DNA from: the human T2T-CHM13v2.0 reference genome, Homo sapiens
NCBI RefSeq assembly: GCF_009914755.1
Contig: NC_060936.1
DNA length: 64,000 nucleotides
Reading direction: 5' to 3' (one strand)
Shown in pieces: positions 53,699 through 64,000 of this stretch (its first letter is position 1; the number at the start of each line of letters is the position of its first letter). Position numbers and translations under genes: made by a program. Under the pieces are notes generated by a model. That model saw nothing but the letters and a program-made list of their open reading frames with translations. It was not told the origin of the DNA and made no database searches.

Positions 53699-53862
53699 AT
53701 TTTTTAACATAACATGACCTCCTGAGCACATTGCTAGAGCTCCTCCCAGGGCCCTGGGAGGGGTCAGTTCATGTGAGGTCCTGGAGCTTAAATGTCATTA
53801 GGTTATTTTTTTAGAACAAGTATAATTGAGTCAAAGAGGTCTGGGAACCAAGAAGGTTGACG

Positions 53863-53937
53863 TTTGGTAAATACGCACCTCAAGATGAAAGAGAACCTGC
53901 ACACTTCTCTTTCCTCTTGAGGTGCATATTTACCAAA
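53863..53937. repeat. Near-perfect inverted repeat (33-bp arms, 9-nt loop)
   Basis: Arms 53863-53895 and 53905-53937 pair at 31 of 33 positions. Confidence 0.95.
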
Positions 53938-55897
53938 GCGTGCAATAAGCTTTGCACAGCAGTTAGTCTACTTGCAGAGGGGATAGAGAAGGCCAACTCT
54001 TCATTGAACAGAGGATGGTAAAGAGAGGTTCTACTGTAATTACCAATATTTGCTGAGCTTCTACTACATATCAGACAGTGTGCTAAGTGTCTGATAGAAC
54101 AACATCATGATACCTGTATTCTTATTACCAATTTAGAGATTTAAAAAGCTGAAAAATGAAATGAGTTACTAGAGGCCTTACAGACACAATGAAGCTGGGA
54201 TGCAAAGGTGTGCCTGGCTCCATGGAGTCATGCTGCCTTAATCCAGGGCTTCAGGCAATATATTTAACCATTTATCTTTTTTATATCATGGTGTAATGGT
54301 GTAATAGCACCAGGCTTGATGTCCTCTGAGGTCATGCATGTCAAAATTAAAATGAGATCATGGAACAACAGCACCTTTTAACTGTGAGATGCTGCATGTA
54401 ATTTTCAGGATCCAGGGAGAATAGAGAAATCACTAAAGGTCTTTTGAACAGAAGGAGTTTAATACAGGGAGTTGACTACCTAGATCATGGAAGGGCTGAT
54501 AAGCCAACAGGAAAGGCTGAAGGAAACCAAAGGATGGAGAATAAGGATTCCCCTTTGGCTGGAGGGACAACAAGAGAAGGTGATTTTGCCAGAGCCAGGA
54601 GCTGGGGTATCCAGTGGGTGCTACAGCCCTGGTAGGGGCTGCCCACACAGTTGAGATAAGGGAAGAAAGGGCTATCCGAAAGGAGATAAACACAGGGAGA
54701 AAAGACAGCAGCTGCTGGTAATGCCCCCAGAAGCAGAGAGAGGGGTAGAAATGCCCTGACTTCTCCCTATCCCCCACCCTCCAGCACTTCTCCCATTGGC
54801 CAACCCTTTACAGGAGACTGGGAAACATAGCTCCCTGTGATAAAGAACAGCACAGCATGGAAAGTACAGGAAGTGGATTGAAAGCAAACTTGCTATTAAC
54901 CACACCACACATACACAAGATACTATTATTATCAGAGAGAGCTACAGGCTCCTGACTGACAGAGGAGGGAGGCTAGACATGGGTTTCTAAAATAACAATT
55001 CATTTCTCTTCTCCCCCAGGCCTAGAACGAATAGGTTAAAATACAGTGAAAAAACTCAGCCAGAGGTTTCTACATTTCTGAATAAAATCTTGACTGTATA
55101 AAACAGTTGGGGTGGAGGAGTTGCTAAGGAAAAGGGGGATAGACAGATTCTACATTTTATTCTGCCTGCAAGTTGCAAAAAGATAGCAATCCAAGGGCAG
55201 GGTTTATTTCCATCATAAAAATAGAGGGAGGCCTCAGGACTGATGGAAGTGACCTGCCCTCTCATCAGGGGCCTCTGGTAAGGAGGCGCATAGGAGCTCA
55301 ACCCTAGAGACCAAGAATGACAGCATCCCTCCGGCACTCTTGATCCATCAGAAACTGACAGCCCTACTGTCCAGCAGTGAGCTGGCCAGCAGCTGCTGTG
55401 GCTGCATCCTGCTGGAGGGTGTTGATGAGAAGGAGAAAACAGCCCCAGCCAGAAGCCACCCATCCCGCTTCTCTCTTCATTGATGTCCTCCCCTGGATTC
55501 TGTCTTGGGAGGCAAATGCAGTTCCAGAGAAGCACTCCTGGCCTCATGACTTCTAAGCATCATGTCTCCATCAGGCCTGGTATTTGCAAATGGCTCCTAA
55601 GTCCAGGGCTATCTGTCCCCATTTGCTGTTGGAGCGCCCAGCACCTTACAGTTCAAGGCATAGGCCACGTCCAGCTCCTTTGGGGTATGTGTTCTCACTC
55701 CCGTAGGACTGGAACACTCCTACAACTCCTTTTTGTCAAGGTAGCACTGGCTCACCTCCCAGTTCTCAGTAAATATCACTCCCTCAGGTGACTCCTCTCT
55801 GACCACCCTCCTAACAGAAATGATCTATGCTTCATAGCACTCTTTACTTGCCTTATTTATTACACTCTATTGTTACTACTCATGTAATTACTTAGAC

Positions 55898-56146
55898 CAG
55901 GGGTTGGCAAACTATAACCAGCAGGCCAATCCAATCCAGGGCCAGTTTGTGCTGTAAAGTTTTATTGGAACACAAGCATGTTCATTCATTTACATATTGT
56001 CTATGACTGCTTCCATACTACAATGATGGAGTTAAGTAGTTGCAACAAAGACCTCATGGCTGACAGAGCCTAAAGTATTTACTATCCGGCCTTAAGTATA
56101 ATAATAATAATAATAATAATAATAAAAGAAAATATTCGCTGACCCC
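55898..56146 (+). mobile_element. MER58A-like MITE containing (TAA)n
   Basis: CAGGGTTGGCAAACTA...AAAGTTTTATTGGAACACA...GCTGACCCC. Confidence 0.85.
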
Positions 56147-56881
56147 CAACCACAGTTATAAAAAGTTTCTTGATCATTCATCCCTGTGAGCAAAATATTT
56201 TTGCTTACTCTCCCTCCTAAAACAGTATGTGGATATATATTTTAATTACATTTTTAAATTGTGTATATTTTAATTGTATGTTTAAATTATATACATGCAC
56301 TACTTAGTAATACTCCTCACACAGGATGAAACATACTCAATAGTAGAAATGTTTAAAGATTGAATTAAATATATACATAGAAGCTCTAATATTTTCTCCC
56401 TATGCTCAAGCATCATTGGTCCAAGATGGTGCCTAAAGCATAGGGGAGGGGTCTTAAAAATGTTTATTAGCTTAATAAAAGCCCTCTCTGAGGCTGCAGA
56501 TCTTCCCAGACTGAATGAGCAACCCTCTTGAGCCTTTGCAAGCCCTATAGATTAAATTAGAGCCATCAAGCATAGAAATCCTCTCAAGACTGAGATGTCT
56601 CATTCGGTTTTCCCAGTGTCCACTGCCCTGTGAGCTCCATGAAGGCAGGAATTTTTTGTCTCTTGTGTTCATTGTCATATGCTCAACACATAGTGCCTAG
56701 AACATAGTGAGAATGTAATAAATACGTGTTGTCAGAATGAATGAATGAAAAAGCGTACCTCCCACATCAAGAAAATAACTGACATTTTCTTCCATTTCTG
56801 TCTTCTTCCTGAAAGACTCTCAGGTCAATAGGCACTTTGTTTTTGCATTGTGGATTTTTTTTTTTTTTTAATTAAAGGGTA

Positions 56882-57178
<297 letters not shown>

Positions 57179-57215
57179 TTAAAGACTGTATATATCCACA
57201 CCCCCCCCCCCCCAA

Positions 57216-58179
57216 GTTTTTTGTTTTGTTTTTAATAATTTTAACTTTTACTTTAGATGCAGTGGGTACATGTGCAGGTTTGTTACCTGGGTATATTGCA
57301 TGATGCTGAGGTTTAGGATACAAATGATCCCATCACCCAAGTAGCAAAGCACAGTACCCAACAGTTGGTTTTTCAACCCTTGCCTCCTCCCTCCCTCCCA
57401 CCTCTAGTAGTGCCCGGTGTCTATTGTTACCATCTTTATGTCCATGAGTACTCAGTGTTTAGGTCCCATTTATAAGTGAGAAAATGCTGTCTTTGGTTTT
57501 CTGTTCCTATGTTAATTCACTTAGGATAATGGCCTCCAGCTGTATCCACATTGCTGCAAAGAACACGATTTCATTCTTTTTCATGGCTGCATAGTATTCC
57601 ATGTTGCATATATACCATGTTTTCTTTATCCAGTCCACTGTTGATGGGCACCTTGGTTGATTCTGGTTTTGTTATTGTGAATAGTGCTGCAATGAACATA
57701 TGAGTGCAGGTCTTTTTGGTAGAATGATTTATTTTCTTTTGTATATATACCCAGTAATGGGATTGCTGGGTCAAAACTATCAACAGAAAAAACAGACAAC
57801 CTAGAGAATGGGAGAAAATATTCATGAACTATGCATCCAACAAAACTCTAATATCAAGAATCTATAAGAAACTTAAATAATTTAACAAACAAAAACCAAA
57901 TAACCCCATTAAAATGTGGGCACAAAACATGCAGACACTTCTCACAATAACACATATAAATGGCCAACAAACATACGAAAAAGTGCTCAATATCACTCAT
58001 CATCAGGGAAATACAAATCAAAACCACAATGAAATACCGTCTCACACCAGTCAGAATGGCTAGTATTCAAAAGTCAAAGAACAAATGTTGGCCAGGCTGC
58101 AGAGAAAAGGGAATGCTTATGCACCGTTGGTGGGAATGCAAATTAGCTCAGCCACTGTGGAAAGCAGTTCGGAGATTTC
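57216..58179 (-). mobile_element. Old L1PA-type element with a 5' inversion (minus 57216-57775, plus 57773-58179)
   Basis: A reverse 3' end (GGGTACATGTGCAGGTTTGTTAC) switches after GATTGCTGGGTCAAA to forward ORF2-end sequence (ACTATCAACAGA...GTGGAAAGCAGTTCGGAGATTTC). Confidence 0.9.
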
Positions 58180-60128
58180 CTTCATAACTGTTATGTCAGC
58201 CTCGCTTTCTGATCTATCCTACAAGCTGGGTTCAGGCCTCTCTTAAGGCTCTCACCCATAGGGCCAACTGTCTACTGTGCTTCTTTACTTTGGATGTTTC
58301 ACAAGGCACATCAGACTCAAAGAGTCTGACACACAGCTTTGTCTCACCCAAATACTTCTCACTCAAATACTTCTCTCCCACCCTGTCACAGAGAACATGC
58401 CACCAACAGATCCAGCTCAAGTTGAAAACCTGGGGGCTCACCATGATTTCCTCTCCCACTTAACTGCTCCAGCGCCCTTCTAGGTCAACCTCCAAATAAT
58501 CACCATCTCGATGCTGTGGACTCCACCTCTATGTCCCTCTCATCCAAATTCTCCTCTGCCTCCCCACATCCACTGCCCAAGTCCAAGGCACTATCCTCTT
58601 CCTCCTAGATCCCTGCAACATCTGCATCACTAGTTTCCTGGCCTCTTGCCTCCTACTCACTAGCAAATCTTTTTCCCCACAGAGAAAATCCAGGGGATTC
58701 TTCTAATAGGCACATCTGAAATGAAATTTTAACTCCCTCTCTACTGGCTTCAGTATAGCATCCAAACTCCTTAGAGTTATGGGATAAGCCCTGCTGGCCC
58801 TGGTTTCTGCTCTCTGCAAAGCTACAGATGCTGAAGATGCAAGAGACTGGAATACGGAAAACTGACATTTGCCACGTGACTGCATCGCACTGAGTACTGT
58901 GCTGGGTGCTTCATGCTTATTCCCATCCTGACATGTCCTCTATAAATTGATCTATAAGTTTATCTATCATCCCGAGGTTGGTCTCAGGCTTATAGCATTT
59001 TTGTTATTCTTTAATATGTTTATTTCAGAAAATAGAATGTCAACCATGTCTGTTCCATTAAAGGTCCAAACTAATTTCTTTGAAGTCAATCACAATTTTT
59101 GTTTCTTAATCAGCAGAGTGTGGGCCATTTGTTCTATGGACCCTATCTTCTGGGTGTTTTATCTCTAAGGTGTTTTAACCTGTATTAGCTGATAGTACCC
59201 ATAAGCAAAACTCCAGGTCTTTAAAAACCATACTGAATTCCTTAGAATTAGGTTTGGTTGCATGTGATGAAACACCCAAAATATTAGTTTAAGAAAACTA
59301 GAAGTTCATGTCTGTGTCTCCTAAAGTAAGTCCAGAGACAAGCAATCCAGCATGATATGGCAGTTTAATAATCAGGAGACCCAAGCTGCTTTTTTTCTTG
59401 TTGTGCCACCTTTCTTAACTTCCTGCCTCATAGTCTAAAATAGCTGTTGGGCTCTAGCCCTCATGTCTGCATTCCAACCATATGGAGCAGCAAGAGAAGA
59501 AGCAAGGGGTTTGTTCCAGCTGTCTTTTTAAGGACATTAACCATACAACACCACCACTTAAATTTCAGTGGGCAGAACATGGCCACACTTTGCTGGAAGG
59601 AAGTCTGGGAAATGTCTTCATTCCAGCTATCTATTGTCCAGCTAAAGATGGAGGTTCTGTTACTAAGACAGACAGAGAAAACAGGCATGGCCACATTAAC
59701 ACCAATCTACCACAGGTGTTCAGCTATTCCACGTTGCCCCAAGCCAGGATATCTCTATAACCATTACACAAAAACAAACAGAGACCAAATTTAAGTTAAA
59801 GATTGCACAATGCACAATCAGGCAACTCTGTTTATTCATCCATCCATTTGTTCACTCATTCAACAAATATTTATGTAGCATCTGTTTTAAGCTGGGCACA
59901 GGGCAAGATACAAGAACTGAAAAAGAATATGAAGCAAGAAATGAGTTGTCCTGCTTGATCCACACAGATGTAATGAGAATCCAGTGATAATGGGGTTGGT
60001 GTATAAACTGTTAATGGATGACGTTATTGGAGCCTGAATGTTGGTCCTCTAGCGCAAATGCCCTTGCTTTACCATGCAGGCCTTTACTGCTTTGTTTCTT
60101 ATATAAATATACCCTCAAAGGACAAAAC

Positions 60129-60249
60129 AGAGTTTCTAATCTCAAGAAAATGTGTGTATGTATACTTTAGAAGTAAAAAATTTTTTAAATTTTAAAAAGA
60201 GTTTCTAATCTCAAGAAAATGTGTGTATGTATGCTTTAGAAGTAAAAAA
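60129..60249. repeat. Direct duplication, 2 x 52 bp with a 17-bp AT spacer
   Basis: 60129-60180 versus 60198-60249, one mismatch. Confidence 0.93.
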
Positions 60250-61762
60250 AAAAAAAGGCAATTTCAGTGAAAGAAAAAAGAATATGAAGTTTGAATTCTT
60301 CACAAGCTTACTCCTGAGGTTATTTTAAATGAAACAATGTATCACTTAATGAATAAGTATCATTACATGTACCATCATGTATCACAAGAAAGCACCAAGA
60401 ATCCAAGAATAGAACAATATAGACCAGCAGTTCCAGTAAAGCCTGCTTTAGTCACAGATGTGAGGTTGCAGAACTCTTCCCAGGTCTTCAGACTGGGCCA
60501 CCTAGAGCTCATCTTACCAAGTAAACTTCAGAGTGTGGCCTGCTCTGCCCCCTCCCCCAGTCATGTCCAAGGTCAGAATCCAGCCAGGGGCCTCAAACAG
60601 GCAGAAATATTTATGCCAACTCCAGAATACCAAACCTAAGAGACAGAGCTGATGCCACTTGAAAGGAATCAGGGCGGAATCTCCAGAGATTAAGAAAATG
60701 ACAGTGACCAAGTTGCAAAGGGGAAGGGGGTGAGAACAAGTGGAGATTAAAGCAGCCGGGCCATTTGTTATTTTGATTTATGCTTTTTTTTTATTTTAAA
60801 GGGAATTAAAGAAGATGAATTAAGACTTCATTAGATGCCGACAACTTCAGGAAGATTAATCCATCTTCCATTTGCATTAAGACTCACAATCTCTCCAATC
60901 TCTCCAGGCCTAGGGTGAAGGAAAGGGAAAGCTATGGATACGTTTCTGTCTTCCCCACCCTGCACCCCCTACCTACCTCTCCCCTCTGGCCACTTTCCCT
61001 TTCATGTCTTTGTTTGACATATAGGAAAGAATCATGAGGTGTTGAGTATCATTAACTTCCAAACACCTATGAAATCAGTAGGGAAGTGCAAACATTGTGG
61101 ACCCCGACCGTCTCTGCAAATGATCTATCCTAAAGTCCTCCCCTTTGGAGATGAAAAGAAATAGTTTGGCAGACTGACAGTCTCGGGGAGAGAGGCCTGA
61201 ATGAACAGGCAGGGGACACGCAGAATAAATGAAAATATGATTGACTTCTTACCTCATTCCGGCTCACACATGGTTCTGAGCATTTAATAAACAGGTTGAC
61301 ACTCCGAGTTCCCCTCATTAGGTGAATGTGGAGACCCCGACTGTTATAAATCAGAAGGGCAGGTTATCAAAGCTTGTGATCTTTAACTGTGTCAGGGCGC
61401 CCTCGTGTCTGCTGAAATGGAGGCAGCAACCTGCAAGCTGCAAAGAATTAGCCACTATACCACGATTTAATACACATGCACCCAGGAGGAGGTGGGAGGC
61501 TGGCGCTACAGGCAGTTTTTCCAGGTACCCAGCACATGTGGCTGGCCCTCGGGCACAGTTTACCTGGGGCTGAATGGTACCTGGGGATAAAGGCGAGGGA
61601 TGACCCTGTGATGGATCAATAAATAGACCTGTGTTTAGTTAGACTAGGATCAATGGAGGAAAAATCACTATGGAATGTTAGAATTCCCAAGCCAGAATGG
61701 GCTTTAGGAAAACCCTCTCATCTGGTGATTTCCCAGCCTAACTTCACATCAAAATCTAATGG

Positions 61763-62158
<396 letters not shown>

Positions 62159-62159
62159 A

Positions 62160-62778
62160 ATGGAAAACTGATAATTTCTAATAAGGTTAAAAAGACTTCT
62201 ACCCTGTGACCCTGAAATTACATCTCATGAGAAATGAATGCATATGCCCACAAAAATACTTGTATACAAATGCTCACAGTGACTTAGTTCATAAGAGCTC
62301 AAAACTGGAAACAGACCAAATATCCCCCCACAGGAGAATGGATACAAACACACAGTGGCACGTCCATGCAATGGAATATTATTCAGCAAGAAAAAAGAAG
62401 CAGGCACTGCTGATCTGTGTAACAACATGAATGAATCCCATGGACCTGATGTTGAATGAAAGAATCTAGGCTTAGGAAAGTACATGCTGTGTGATTCCAT
62501 TTCTATGAAATTCAAAGACAGACAAAGCTGATCTTGCCTGGTAATAAAAGTCAGGACAATAGTAGGACAGAGGGGCAGGATTTGGAGCACAAGGAAACTT
62601 TCTGGGGAGGTGGGAATGACCTATATCTGAATCTGAATGATAGTTACAGGAGTGAACACATTTGCAAAAATTCAACAACTGGTACATTTGATATTTGCAT
62701 ATCTTGCTATATATATAAATCATACCCCAGTAAAGTAAAACAAATCAATGAAACAAGTAAAAACAAATAAATAAATAA
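62160..62778 (+). mobile_element. Old L1M (ME/MD-type) 3' fragment
   Basis: CAATGGAATATTATTCAGCAA...TGTGTGATTCCATTT... Confidence 0.8.
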
Positions 62779-63304
62779 ATGCAGAGTCTAGAGCCTTTGC
62801 ACATGCTATTCCCTTGGCTTGGAATATCATGTCCCCACCCCCTGATATTTAAGAGGCTAGCCCCGTCCTATCATTCAGGTCTTAGCTTAACTCTCTCCTC
62901 CACAGAGAACTCTGCCATTAATTGCTGCATCATTTGGGTTTTCGGCTTGTTTTTATACTCCTAATCATGCTCAGAAATTTTCTTGTGTGTACTCTGCCTC
63001 TCCATCCACCCCTATCACCAATAGACTGTGAGTGCCTAAGCACAGGGGTCTTATTGATTGTGTTCACTGCCCGTGCTGTGTCTCCATTCACCCCATTGCG
63101 CCTGTTGTTCACCACTCTCCACCTGCTCTCAGCTTCAGAGCTGCCTTGCTAGAGTGCAGCAGTGCACTCCCTGAACTTCTGACTTCTGGGTGAGTCTTGG
63201 CCAATGGGAAATCTCAGCAGGAAATTGAAAGGAAAGAGGAGTGGGAGAATGGGGTGACACATCCTTCTCTGTGGCATCCCCACAAGCTGACTGCATCTCC
63301 AGGT

Positions 63305-63503
63305 CAGTGGTTCTCAATCAAGTGTAATGTTGCCCCGCAAGGGACATTTGGCAATGTCTGGAGAAATATTTGGTTGCCACAACTGGGGGTGATGGTGCTG
63401 CTGGTATCTGTTGGTTACAGGACAGGGACTACAATGTACAGGACAGCCCCCACAACAATTACCCAAGCCCAAATGTCAACAGTGCCAAGGTTAAGAAACT
63501 GCT
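63305..63503 (+). mobile_element. MER20 MITE, nested in an LTR16-like element (about 63090-63715)
   Basis: CAGTGGTTCTCAA...GGGACATTTGGCAATGTCTGGAGA...GCCCAAATGTCAACAGTGCCAAGGTTAAGAAAC. Confidence 0.9.
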
Positions 63504-63867
63504 CTCGGTGAAGGTCATGGTTCTTCTAAGGAGGCATCTCCATAACTCTGTCCTTCCAGGGTCAGGTGAACATTCCCCCCGACTCCATCAGGTTCAGAGA
63601 CGGTAAAAGCCCCACTGTTGCTATCCTTGCTGCTTCCCCTATATCCCGCCCACACCTTTGTATTAGTCCCTCTGTGAAAACTCCTCAAATTACCCTAATT
63701 GGAGTGCACTATTCTATTTCCTGATGGAACACTCACAAGCAGGCCATTTCATCTCCAGCAGCTACATGCTTAGTAAATATAAATAAATATTTGTTTAAGT
63801 AATTAATGGATAAGAGTCTCCTAGAAGATCAGGATTTAAAAGTCAAAGATAAATCTTAGAACTTATA

Positions 63868-64000
63868 TATTTTTACAGCTTTATTGAAGTATAATTGATA
63901 CAGAAAAAAACTGCACATACTTAATGTATACAATCTGATGGGTTTGGACATGTGTATACAGCCATGATGTCATCACCACAATCAAGGTAATAAGTATATT
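63868..64000 (-). mobile_element. L1M 3' end running off the window
   Basis: TTTTACAGCTTTATTGAAGTATAATTGATA...CATCACCACAATCAAG. Confidence 0.85.

Larger units (their letters stand above)
51522..53805. mobile_element. hAT-Tip100 (MER69/Arthur1-like) element interrupted by an L1
   Basis: The start GCTTTGTGGGATCTGAAGCTTATACAATTTGG and the end CTCCTCCCAGGGCCCTGG...GAGCTTAAATGTCATTAG match recalled consensus ends. Confidence 0.62.

Noticed and set aside
57854-58187. L1 ORF2-like peptide ORFs (also 52714-52944)
   Set aside because: Short degenerate fragments of truncated L1s; no intact ORF2.

Overview
Primate (human-like; contains an AluY-type copy) intergenic DNA. I find no intact protein-coding gene, RNA gene or CRISPR array. 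The only gene-derived sequence is a full-length, disabled processed pseudogene of UBA52 (ubiquitin-RPL40 fusion) at 3671-4174 (-). It sits inside an old MaLR LTR that was also hit by an L1. Most of the window is interspersed repeats: about 13 Alus, several L1 3' fragments (one with a twin-priming inversion), MaLR/ERVL solo LTRs, hAT MER elements, MIR/L2, and simple repeats. The repeat-free islands look like distal regulatory elements. The most unusual signals are: (i) three short, locally templated sequence copies, each from a donor 1.4-2.9 kb to the left (one inverted, one a two-template chimera, one dropped into an L1), plus several young tandem duplications; (ii) a 75-bp near-perfect palindrome; (iii) two perfect palindromic oestrogen-response elements, a perfect RFX X-box and a triple POU octamer. 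Repeat subfamily names come from recalled consensus sequences and most repeat boundaries are approximate. Nothing here demonstrates a new biological system; the templated-copy cluster is the best lead.
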